From: the human T2T-CHM13v2.0 reference genome, Homo sapiens
Length of the DNA: 64,000 nucleotides
NCBI RefSeq assembly: GCF_009914755.1
Contig: NC_060938.1
Reading direction: 5' to 3' (one strand)
The notes beneath the pieces were generated by a model. The model was not told the DNA's origin. It saw only the letters and a list, made by a program, of their open reading frames with translations, and did not search any database. Positions within the stretch are counted from its first letter, which is position 1, and each line of letters opens with the position of its first letter. The position numbers and the translations under genes are program-made. Of this stretch, positions 1 to 13,533 are shown one piece after another.

Positions 1-1976
1 GAGTGGGCAGTGTGGAAGTGGGAATTCCCAAGTTCCCAGGCCTCTTCCAGCTCAGTCTTCTATGTAAAATTTTTCTTTTCCAGGCTTGTCTGAGCAGAGG
101 TAGAGTGACCCTGCCGCCTGTTCCTCAACAGTCTGTGCAAATTCAAAGAAATAGAGTGTGAATTCAAGGAACTCATTTGAAGAACAGGAAAAGCAACTCT
201 CTCCTTGAGGTTATCGGGGAAATGAAGGTTGAAACATGGATCAGAAGACTTGCTGAGGTCCCTTCCACCCTCAGCTCTTCCATTCTGTTCCCAAATGAGG
301 CCCAAAACACAGCTTTCTCCATCACTCTTTAATCTGTTGGTTGATTTGTCTGGTGCACCCAACCAGCACTGTGGCCCTGAAAATAAAATGTTAATTACAT
401 CAATCTTACAGCCATCCATCGCTAGCCATCTGATGCTGATAGAAAGGCAGGAAGCACTCGTGGCAGTTTGCATATCAGGGTCAGCAGTTCCTTTCTTAAC
501 CCTCCTCTGTCTGGCAAGGCTAAGGGAGCAGACGTTCCTGTAATGACCTGGCCTGTCTTTAGAGCTGCAGCCCTAAGAGCTGGTTTTCTTCCTGTGGCTA
601 TGGTCTTGGCACTGAGCTCCTTCCTGCTCTTCTTTTGCTCTTGTGTGTAGCGGACCACAACATGCTTTCAGATCAGACATCCTGTGGGCAGAAGAAATTA
701 TTTCACTTCAATAAGAATTTTTGAAGACCAGTATGGGTTCAACGGGTGCTTTTGGGAGATTACACCAGAGATAAGAACAGACTAAATCACACGCGTGAGG
801 CAGCATTTACAAATCATACAACACAATATGCAATAGCAGCTTCTGAGTTTCTGCAGAGGAAAGGCTAAGGACAGCAACCTGGTTGGAAGATGCCTCAGGA
901 ACTTGCCTTGAGGCTGTATTTTCATAGCACATAAGATTGGGAAAGACATCAAAGAATGGGAAACCTTCCATTCTGGAGAGATGGAGATTATGGGGGAGAA
1001 TGGATAAAGCCCCCAAAAACACTCTTGCCTCTCCTACTAACTGTTCAAGTCTCAGGTATCATTATTTGTATGACAAAGAGAAAATTAACATCGTTAAGCA
1101 ATGAGCCAAGTGTTTACAAGTATAATTTCATTTATTTCTCACAGAAATCCTATGAGTTATCTTCTCCCATTTTACGGAGTATAAAAAAATTAGTTTTTTC
1201 TAGAAATCACATGAAGGGACAGACATCCCCTTGGCAGGACCAAGGAAGCTGTGGCCTAATTGCTGGCCTTGACACGAAGGAATGACTGAGCACAAAGAAC
1301 ACAGCCTACACAGGGCCGGAGGAGGGTTGGGTCTGAGGGCAGAGCCCTGGTGGATGTTTCTGCCTTCCACCTGGGCACCCTGAGACAGGCTGTGTTTTTG
1401 TTGAAGTTCCATCTTGTCCTGCCACAGGCCCAGGCCAAGCTGACTGCTCCTGACCTGGTGAAGCACTAGCCACACTCTGCCCCAAGCTCCCGCCGCATCA
1501 TCACCTGTCCTCTCCTGTACTGTCTTCTACCTCTGGCTTTGATTTATTGTTCATACCAGCTTTCTCTCTTAGTCAGGCCTAGAGGAAGGTTGTTTTTGGC
1601 CATTAGCAATAAATTCTTAAAATTCCCTCTAACCGGTGGAAGATATAAATCACAGTCATAAACATAATACACATTCTTGGGACTTTTCAAAATGACTTCC
1701 TGAATAATTTGAGATAGTTCAACAATAATTTTCTAGAAAGACAGGCTTATTTGAGCCCTGCTAACTACTCTTTTGATATTAATACAGCTTTAAACCCTCT
1801 ATACTTCTTTCTGCCTCAAGGCTTTTTTAATACATGTCCTCATTTGTTACATAGAATGTTATTTCCCCACCCATGCCCCATACCTGTTTCAGGCAGGGTC
1901 CAAGCAGGAGACAGGGCACTCTCGGAGTGATTAGAGAGAGTTTAATGAAAGGGACTTTTACAAAGCTGTGGACAGG

Positions 1977-2430
1977 TGTTATGGATTGAAATGTGTCCCC
2001 CAAGGGACACATTAACTCTCAGTACCTTAGAATGTGATCTTATTTGGAAATAGGGTCACTGCAGATGTAGTTACCTTAAATGAGTTCATACTGGAGTATG
2101 GTGGGCCCCTAATGCAATATGACTGGCATTCTATATGACAGCCAAGTGAAGACAAAGACACGCAGGGAGAGAAAACCATGAGACAGTGCAGGCGGAGACT
2201 GGAGTGATACAGGTGCGAGCCAAGCCAAAGACCATCAGAGTTTCCAGCAAACCACCAAAATCTAGGAAGAGGTGAGGAAGGATTCCCCTACAGGTTTCAG
2301 AGGGTGCATGGCCCTGCTGACACCTTGATTTCAAACTTTCAGCTTCCAGAACTGTGAAACAATACGTTTATATTGTTTTAACTACCCAGTTTGTGGTACT
2401 TTGTTAAGGCAGCTACAGGAAATTAATACA
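1977..2430 (+). mobile_element. MaLR solo LTR (MLT1C-like)
   Basis: Begins TGTTATGGATTGAAATGTGTCCCCC and ends GAAATTAATACA. Contains typical MLT1 motifs (TGTGATCTTATTTGGAAATAGGGTC, CCAGAACTGTGA, CCAGTTTGTGGTACTTTGTTA). Recognised by eye. Confidence 0.75.
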
Positions 2431-4291
2431 GAAGGGTTATGGGAAACCAAAAAGAAGGTGGTGAAACACCCAGGGCTGGCAACAAAGAACCGCTGCCATG
2501 CCAGGCCTGAAGCGTGTAGGGGAGGAGCCTTTACTGAAACCTGCAGCTGTGGAAGAGGAGTTATAGCTTCCAGTGAAGGAAGGCACTCTCCTCCTTCCCT
2601 CCAGTCTCCTGAAGGTGTCTCCATTGGCCAAACCAAATGGGATGGAGAGCCGGTGGATGCTGCCAATTAAGGTCAGGCTCAGAGTAAGAAGTAGAGTGGA
2701 TGTGCAGAGGCAAACAGACTCAGTCTCAACTGCAATGCCACTTCCTCTTCAGGGAAGCCTTCCCTGACCTCCTGACCAAACCTGGCCTCTGTAACATGCT
2801 CCCATAGTCCTTCTGCTTCTGCAGAATATTTATAGCTGCAATGGAGGGATAAATTATGCAAATTATTAAGTGATGACTGGCTCTCATGCTAGAACATAAG
2901 CTCCATGAAAGAAAACACTGTGTCTGCCATTCATCAATGGCAGACCCTGAATCCTCAGGGCCTGGCATATAGTAAGAATGACTAGGTTTTATAGGATGTG
3001 CCAAGAACTAAGCAGCCTGATAGAAAAAGGTCAAGTATTTAAGTCCAAACAGATTGACCTTGGCAACTTTCAAAGAGCTATAGACAGCAGACAGCATTAT
3101 GTTCTGCTGGGGGACAGGGTTGCTGATGATATAATGTGTAACATCAAAGAATGTGACCACCTTGAATACTTGCTAATAGTCCTCCAAGAGCAGTAGGCAG
3201 GATGGGCAGTTGTGCAAAGTGAGGCGAGGCAGAGGTGGGTGGGGAGAGCAACTACTATGGGGTCAAGAAACTTCATCTGCTCCTATCTGAATTTTTTTCA
3301 GGGCAGTCTGTTCCCAGTCACACTGGGGAACTTAAGAAAGCTTAGATGAGTCTTTCCTCCACTAACCTGGGAATGTAAGTCCTGCATCCACCCTCCAATA
3401 TGGAAGCCACCTTTGCTCTTGCCTTTTTGCTTACCAGGTGACTCTCTTCCCAGCTTCTGCTGCACTCTCTAGTTCTCATTATTAATTTACCTGTTTGATT
3501 TCAAAATTTCAAAGATTGACCTTTAAACTCAAAAGTGGAGGTCCCAAAAATCCTAACCTCCCCTCTTTTGAAGTCCATGTAAATTTAGCCCGTCATAAGT
3601 TGAGATGTAGTGGTGGTTTCTAAGTTTTTTACAATGTTTGGCTTTGTGTAATTTAACACAGGTAACCTAAGAACCCTTCAGAAAAGAAGCTAGATGAGCT
3701 CAATAAAGATCAGGAAACTCTGGCTCACATTTGGAAGACCATGTTTCATTGGATTGCTCTTTAACACATGGGTAAATCACCCTTATCCAACTTTGCCTAG
3801 AGGGAGTTTGCAGTGAACACAACAATCATTACAACATCTTCAGTCTTTGTGCACATGCTGTTGATCTCCTCATTTGGTGGTTCTTTTGATTACAGCTGTA
3901 AATGCCAATAATTCTTCTTGGTATGAACTATGAACATCACCACATAGTGTCTAACATGTACATCTAACCTGAAACTGGAACAACAATATCAAATTTAACG
4001 TCTAGGGAAGGAAGCAGAAACCCTGTCACCAATTAAATAAGCTGCCTTAATCTCCTCTCAGTTGGCCTAACTTACCTGAACCGTACTATTGGTCTTGAAG
4101 GTGGCACTGTCATCCCATTAGCAGGCAGCAGGCCCTGCGAGCCTCCTGTGATCAGCTAGATTTCTCTGGGGAATGAAACAGCTGCTGATAGGGACTGACT
4201 TCCTCAGTCACAAGTGTTTCACAAGTGTGTTGGTTCAGAGGAGGGACCAGGCAGAAGGTGGTTGAGAGGCAGAGCTGCCCCTGAGTGAGCC

Positions 4292-4337
4292 ATGCAGAGG
4301 ATCTCCTCCCTCATCCATCTCTCTCTCTTCTGGGCAG
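4292..4337 (+). CDS. TRDV2: TRDV2 leader exon (L-PART1), MQRISSLIHLSLFWA(G)
   Basis: ATG at 4292, hydrophobic signal peptide, phase-1 donor G|GTAAGG at 4337/4338. Confidence 0.96.
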
Positions 4338-4341
4338 GTAA

Positions 4342-5133
<792 letters not shown>

Positions 5134-7159
5134 GAACATTGCCATCCATGTAGAGCAGCAATTCCAACAAGATCGTGATTTTCTCTTGAATAAATAATTT
5201 AGGAAATAGGGACCAGAGAAAGCTAGTGTTTCTACCTTTCTTTCAGGCTCAGCCACTCAGCTTGCCCGTGCCCTCCCATGGTGCTCAGATAGGCAGCCCC
5301 CAGTGGGACAGAAGAGAGGAGAGATGGAGCCAAAGGAATGAACTGTAGCATCTACTGTGACAGTTTTCTTGGAGGCTCATAAAAGGTATGACCACAGAGC
5401 CACAGTGCTTAGAGTATAGCATAGATTAAGGAGGCACCTTACAATTTACAACTATGGGTGACATCCAGTTTTTCCCCAGCCACATGCCTCTGAATTTACA
5501 TGTTCTAGAGGAAAAGGACTGGCAGTGGGGGGAGGCTCCTCTCCCTCCTTCAGATCAAATATGTACACTACCTGTCATTTTGCCCAACATGGAAGGAAAG
5601 GCTACATCTCTAGCATCTCTAGCATGCTCTGTTGTTTTGATGATTACTGACTGGATATTTTGTTTTGCTTTGTTTTGTTTTCTTCATGAGACGGGGTCTT
5701 GCTGTGTCCCCCAGGCTAGAGTGCAGTGGCGTGATCATAGCTCACTGCAGCCTCACACTCCTGGGCCCAAGCTGGATATGGTGTTTTGCTCTCCCTTTCT
5801 TCTCTATCTCTTTACTTCCACATGTGCTAGAAACAAAACGTTGAAAAATTGCTTCCACTGGCACTTCCTTATCCTTCTTTGGACAGCTCAATTTAACACT
5901 GCACTTTTATCTTGAACAATGTGTTTTTCCAGATTTAGATGATTGACGGGGCTCTCTACTCCAAGGCTGAACCTGTGGCAGAAATCAGCCTTCCTTCTGT
6001 CCTCATCTAGAAAATCTACCACTTACCTTGTTAAATAACCTCATAAGAACTTGTGGTGATAGACATGGTCAGTGACTTGATTGCGGTGATAGTTTCACAG
6101 ATGTACAGGCATATCAAACTCATCAGATTAGACACTCTAAATGTGTACAGTTTATTTCACATCAAGTATACCTCAATACACTTGTAAAAATATTTGTTTA
6201 AACCCAAAATGGATTTTTTAGGCTTCTTTGGACTACTTCAGGCAACGTCTACACAAAATGTTCTTCAACAAACCCCTCTAGTCAAATATCCTCTAGTCAA
6301 ATATCTTCCACAGAAGTACAAAGAGGCTGACAGGGCTTGCCACACCTTATTTGGTTTCAGTCAGGGCTTTTCACTGTTTTGCCAAGTGTCTTCCCAATCC
6401 TCTCTCCTCTCATGATTCTGCCTGACCTTTCATATATATAATACATGTTATATATATATGTTATAATGTGTCGTTGTTCCATGCATTTTAGTCATGACTG
6501 CCCCCATGAGCTCTTATCATTTATCTCCCCAAATAGCTATATTCTAAACCTTCAGAAAATCTCTCTTCTCTACTCTTCATCCCAAACTCACTCACTTTGA
6601 CCTGATGCATGATCCCAACATAGGCCTGGAACCTGCCTTCTACCTTTCTGCCCCACCCCATTGGGCAACTTCTTTGGTTGAACGGTCTGCAAGGCCCTGG
6701 ATACTGGCTCTGCCCTTGGACAAAATCGGGTTCCCAAATCCCCATCCAGATACAGCACTCTGAGCTCCACGATCTTGGAAGGGGTTTGGACCCAGCCTTC
6801 CCCAGATGTATTTAAACAGAGGGCCTGTCATGATTCATCAAGCCCACTGCCTGCCACTCAGATCTAATTCTCCTTCTTTGAACAAATGATAGGCAAGAAG
6901 GTGGAGTGCATCTCCAACATGGAGAGGATACAATTATTCTCCTAGTTTGAAATCATGATTTGGAAAAAGAATGACATCTGGAAAACTGGTTATGCAGATG
7001 TCAAAGTTGTGGAGCCATGGTTTTATAACGCCTGCAAGATGGATTCCTAGTAAGACCCCAAGTGACTCCCTCTAACAGAGACTGGGAAGAGTGTCTCTAA
7101 GGAGAAGGAGGGGAAAAAATATCTGGACAAATCCATAAGACTGTATGTCTTCCGTATTA

Positions 7160-7375
7160 ATAACTAATATCTGTTGAGTGCTTACTATGTGCCAGGCAGC
7201 ATTCTAAGCACTTAACGTGTGTTATATGATTAATCTTCACAACAACCTTAGTATTTACTTTCTATTCTTGTCCTCATTTTACAAATGAGAACCCCAAGGC
7301 ACAGAAAACCTAAAATACTTGCCCAAAGTAGCATAGCTAGTAAGGGAGGGTGACAGATTTCAGACTCTTGATGCT
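7160..7375 (-). mobile_element. MIR SINE fragment
   Basis: TTGAGTGCTTACTATGTGCCAGGCA...CTCATTTTACAAATGAGAA MIR core pattern. Boundaries approximate. Confidence 0.6.
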
Positions 7376-8989
7376 GCACCAGAGGACACAGCATGTAATT
7401 TGGGGAGATGGGGGACCCATAGAGAAAGCCACCTTCAGGATGTGTCAGAACCAAGGGACAACAGGGGCTGTGCCCTCACCACCAAACCTGTTCCAATTGA
7501 TACTCCCGTGACCATCTGTCAAAAAACTGGGACAACAGAACAATGGTCCCAAATGACCTCTCAAGTGTTTTCTAACTGAGATTTTGTGATCCTGACACAA
7601 GCTTCACACTGTCTTCTAAAATCATCTGCATCTCTTCATCTGTGAAATGGGGATAATAAGAGTTCTACCTTCACTGTGTTATAAAATATATAATTATAGA
7701 AAGTAAATAAATTGCATAGCTTATAGTAGCTATTTAATAAATGTTACCTATTATAAGAAAAAGCAAACTGCAAGGAAGAATAATTGAGAAGAAAGTGAAC
7801 TAAATTACTGAGCACCAACGAAATGCAGCCACTTTACAGGTATGGACTCACTTATCCTATGACAACTCAGTGAGGTCATTATCATCCTTTCTGTTTTGCA
7901 AGTGAGGATACTGAGACTCAGACAGGCTGGACAGCTTGCTTACAGAAGCAGAGCCAGGATCCGGATCTGACTTGAAGCCTGATTGTCCTGGCTGGGATAC
8001 TGGGCTGGGAGCTGCGGAATGTCCTAAAGAAATACCTTACCTATAGCAACATCTCATGTAAAGGATGGCTGGGAACAGGTATGTGAAGTCTGGTCATCTT
8101 TGCTCATGCAAAGATTGCTCTTGACTCCTTGGCCAGTTTCCAGAAGAAGGGATAGTAGGAGGTCTTCAACTCCTTCCCCCTGCCTCCTCTCCCCTGCTTT
8201 AAAACACCAATTGTAATTTCAGCTTCCAGGTTGTTCTCCCGAGATGGCTCACTCCCCTGACTGAAGGAAGACAGCTACTCCCCAGCCCACTGCCACTCAC
8301 ACTCCTGAGCACCACCCCTAGGTCAGCAGCTTTTCTCCCAGGGTACACCATGAGAAACATGAGAGACTGGCCCACATATTCCCTCCTTCTGATGCTTGTC
8401 AAAGGTAGTCTCTTGTTGGACTCCCTTAGATCCTCGGGGTGCTCATGGATTCACTGCCTTTTCCTCTCCTTTTCAGGGGCTTGCCTGGAGCGAAAACCAT
8501 AGGGGTCCAAGGCCGGCATAATGAGAGCTAGAAAAATTCCCTGGGTTTCTGTCAGGTCCATAGAGTTGGTGACTTTACCACCCACATATATCTTTGCTGT
8601 CAAGCAAAGTGTGCAAGTTTGTCTCTTCCGTTGTCATCGACTTATCACTTATACAGAGGCAGCAATGGGGCTTGAGATCTGACAACCACAATTCTCTGCA
8701 TTCAAAAGTGAGCACACGGGTACCAGAAAACACTGCGGTGGATGAAGGTGCAGGAGCCACCGTGTAAAGAATAGAAATTAATTTCTAACTAAATGTCTCT
8801 GCTTTAGTTAGGGTCTTAGTCCACTGCAGTATCTTAAACAATACATATTCAATGATAAATTTTCCATAATGACAAGGTGAACAAACTCAGAATCAAAGCT
8901 CCTTTCCTACTCTTCAATTCAACACATTACCCTAAAATATTAATTGAAATGATAGGATTATACAGCTTTTTTTTTTGTCAGAGCACTTT

Positions 8990-9230
8990 ATTCATTCTTT
9001 CAGTAAATACCATCTCTCATATCTGCTTAATTTTTCTCCACAGCATTTATCACTATTTGGCATGCTACATATTTTACTTGTTTATATTTTGTTGTCTGGC
9101 TCTCCACTGGAATACAAGGTCCTTGATGGCAGAGATGAGTTTTTGTCTGTTTTGTTCACTGCTTTAACTCCAGCACTTAGAATAACTTTGGCCCATAACA
9201 GACACTCAATAAATGTATTAAATGAATGAG
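8990..9230 (+). mobile_element. LINE-2 3' end fragment
   Basis: TTTTGTCTGTTTTGTTCACTGCT...CACTCAATAAATGTATTAAATGAATGA, a typical L2 tail. Confidence 0.6.
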
Positions 9231-12230
9231 GGAATGAAATACATATGAGTGAGTGCTACGTACCCTGCACTGAGCTGGATGCCAGGGACACAGTGGTGCA
9301 CAAGGCTGGTGCGGACTCTGCCTTCTGAGATGTTCTCCCCAAGCCTCATCTACCCACTAAAAAAATGCTACTGACCGTAACAAGATTTTCTGAAGAGTTG
9401 ATTATAGAGTACTCTGGAACACCAAATAACTTACTCTTGGAGAGCAGACATCGAGGCTCCTAAGTGCATTGGATGTTAGCAGGGGCAAAATGAAGAAAAT
9501 AGTAGCTTTCTCTTTTCTCCACCTTTTCTCTCTTTTGAGTCCCAAGGGTCCCAGCCCTGAGTCTGAGGCTGTCAAAGAAAAAGCGAAACACTTCTGTTTT
9601 ATTTCACAAAGGAATTTCGCAACGCTTCTCTCCAAACAGACTGGCTGGGGCATGCTATTTCACAATGAAAAGCCACGATAACACAGTTTCCTAAACAAAG
9701 GGGCGATTCCTAACTCCCTCTCACTTTATCACCACTGCCACCAAATGATTTTGGTATTCTTCAAGAATACAGAATCCACTGGGTCTTTTTGGGCTTTTTA
9801 GCAATTTACACATCCACAAACACATAGGTTTATGAGCGGTAACAGCGTACATTCCAGTGCATGAAACACTGCAGGGATTCTCTGAAGGCGTGCCCTGGAT
9901 GCTGCAAGGCTCCAAGGCAACAGTCAGCCAGTGGAACAGTGTGCCACCCAGCATGCTCGACTTGATAGAAAAAAGACCCAGTGACAGGGCAAAGGAAGTC
10001 AAGCCAACATGCAATTGCTTGTATTAATTTAAATAAAGCCAGGTTCTCAAACTCCATGTTTAAATAAGAAATCTAACAGTCATAAGTTTTCTTTTTACCT
10101 GCATGCATATGGGAGAATAGGGAAAGTTTAAATTATCTTTCTGGCTTAAGGACAAAATTGCATGAGTATTTATAACTTTCAGAAAAGAAATGTCAGTCTA
10201 AATATATTACTAGGGCAACAAATTATTAAGAAAAAAAACCCAAAGTACAGTCTTTTGGAAATTAAAGTTGCTTTCATAGAATATAGCAGCATTCACTCAG
10301 TAACAATTCATTAAGTACCTCATATGTGCCAGACGCTTTTCTAGACACAATGGAAGCACAGCTCTCAGAATCTCAGGAGCTTATATTTCAGTGGAAATAA
10401 ACACAAAATAAAATAAGTAAAATATATGTCAGATGGAGATAATTGCCATGGAGAGGAGTAAAACAGGCGGGGAGAGAGAGAGTGTTGTCAGCAGGCTTGC
10501 AGAAATTACAATTTTAAATCAGGTTGTCAAGAAGGGATACAATAAGAAGGTGACATTTCAGCAAAGGCCTGCGTGTAGGCAGGGAGCCCAGTATTTGGAG
10601 TGTGGATGTTTGCTGGACTCCCTCTGTTAGAAATAACATTTTCATGCACATTCTTAAGACATAATCATACCAGCTTTTCTGTAGGTTAGGGAGATAAGGA
10701 GTCATTTTTTCTTTCTTATCTTGCTAAGAGCTCTTTCACAAGTAGTTCACACTTTCATTTTTCAAAATCAAGCGATGAAATGCCATTAATTAGCACAAAG
10801 TGTGTTGGGGAGTGGACGCGAGGGTTTGGCAAGGAAGCAGTCCTGAAAAGATCAAAACTTACAACATGAACAGGAAGATGACAGCACTGATTATTGACAA
10901 ACGGAAAATGGGGCATGGCATTTTGAGCCCTTTGCCTTGAGTCTCTCCCTAGTCACGTGACCACATTCTGTGGACTGGTGAGTGTTTCTTCCCCAACCAC
11001 AGGGATAAGAATACAAAGTGAGTGATGCATTTCTCTCACTGGTCCCCAGATGACTCCACTCTAGCAGCCCCGGAAAAGAACCTGCAGCCTCATCTATACC
11101 TGCAGGTTGATGTGCCTCCCAAAAACTGTCTCACTCAGTTGTGGAGCTGAAATCAATCATGTGTTCACCTCAGTGGGGTTCTTGGTTTTTCTTTTCTGGC
11201 TTCTCCAAAAAGCCAATCATAGAGAAACCTGAGGACTGTGGAGCCACTATGGAGAAGGCTGGAGTGCCTTTACCATCCCTAGCTCAGCTTTAGGGATTCA
11301 CCCTCCAGGACCTCTGAGTGTGCTGGGATCACACGGCCTAAGGTAGGCCCTAGAGTCAGTTTCTGTCTTTACCTGCCACCTGACAGGAGTGAGAAGTTTT
11401 ACTTAGAGGCAGTGAGAAGGGAAGTCAGCAGCCCCAGGGACAGTACAAAGGAGACACAGCCTGAGTGTGTGTTGTCAGAAGCTCTGTCACAGCGAAGGCC
11501 TCCTCGGGCATAAAGACCTCACTGTGTTTGCATAACACCTGTGTTATAATCGTGAGTGATCAATAAAGGATTAACTGCCTCAGTCATCTAAGGAAATGAA
11601 GAAGGGTTTTATGCACCAAGTTCATAAATAAGGACACAGAAAAAAACCACGAAGGCCAGTGTAGCTGCCTCTGTACGTTGAAATTAGAGAACTGGTACAA
11701 TAACAATAACCCACCTCTGTAGTAAGAATCAATGTAAAATCTTTGAGTTCATAGCTAGTCCATTTCTCAGCATCAAAACCATCATTTTGCTTTCTGTATG
11801 GAGGACGTCCACCCCCACATATGCACACTCAGAGTGTCAGAGCAATGAGAAACCAATTACCATCAGGCTCCACCTCTTTGGTTGAAGACATAGAAACTGA
11901 TGAATGAAGAAATTAAGTGACTTTTCCAACATCACACATATAGTGCAGACAGGTAAAGTGATATACTGTACTTCTGTCTCTTTCCTCCAATATCCTAGAA
12001 GTCAAGGGCTAAGAAAAGACAGAAAGGGTAAACCATGTGATCATGCCAAAGTGAAAGAAAAATGGCAGCGGAGTGTTCTCCACATTCCAGACAACTACCT
12101 CCTGCCACCTTCTAGGTGGCAATGCAGTCCAGGTAGGTAAAGCGATATACAAAAATAAATAGCCTTAATCATTCACAAAAATATTAATGTGTGTCAAATT
12201 TAAAAACAATGAATTGCAAATTGCCCCTAA

Positions 12231-12628
<398 letters not shown>

Positions 12629-13241
12629 TAAGTTCTTTTAGTAGTGAAAAAAGCATAGGCTCTGGAATCAGAGAAAAATAGAATCACAACCCCTCACTTC
12701 ATAGTTCTGTGACCTTGAAAAATGTTGCTTTAACTTTTCTAACCCTCTATTCCCTCATCCACAAAATAAGGATAATAATTGCATAGAGTTATCATAATGA
12801 TCAAATTAAATAATTGCAAGTAAGTACCTGAGTGACTACAAAGCAGAGGTGCTCAATAATACTAACTCCATTCCTTTCAGCACCCGATGGTCTGCAGTAG
12901 AGCGGTTTCACCCTCTACTCCAGACAGAAGGAGACAGAAAAGACAGAAAAGCTAGAATGGGAGAGAACATGGCCAATGACCACCAGCATTTTTCCAAACC
13001 AAGAAATCTAAAGTGCCTATCAGCACATTTTTTATAAAAATACCTCCTCAGGAATGTTCTTCCCACACAACCTCTCTAAATCCTTTCCCTGCACTAATGA
13101 TAGTGAAGGTCCCAAAGGCAAGACCATCACTGGGAGGGTCTAGCTCCCCAACAAGAGATGATGCCCTCATTGCCCTTCATTTGCAGAGATGAAGGTGACA
13201 CAGGTCAATGTCAGCTTCACCAATAGTAACAGGGAGAGTAA

Positions 13242-13533
13242 TTTTTTTTTTTTGAGACCGGGTCTCGCTCTATTGCCCAGGTCGGAGTGCAGAGGCATGA
13301 CCATGGCTCATTGCAGCCTCAACCTCCCGGGCTGAAGTGATCCTCTCGCCTCAGCCTCCTAAGTAGCTGGGACTACAGGTGTGCAGCACCATGCCTGGGT
13401 CATTTTTTAATTTTTTGTAGAGACAAGGTCTTCCTATATTACTCAGGCTGGTCTTAAATTCTTGAGCTCAAGTGATGCCCCTGCCTCGGCCCCCCAGAGT
13501 GCCAGGATTACAGGCATGAGACCTCACGCCCTG
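13242..13533 (-). mobile_element. Alu (AluJ-like)
   Basis: Poly(T) followed by GAGACCGGGTCTCGCTCT... with old-subfamily divergence. Confidence 0.85.

Noticed and set aside
422-658. Lys/Arg-rich minus-strand ORF that loosely resembles histone H3 (LICKLP versus LIRKLP)
   Set aside because: Starts at GTG, lacks the ARKS/KAPRKQL/PHRYRPG motifs, and shows no convincing nucleotide colinearity. Likely chance.
11591-11650. GAAGAAGGGTTTTAT resembling the TRDD2 upstream nonamer context (possible extra D relic)
   Set aside because: No heptamer at the right distance and no paired 3' RSS.
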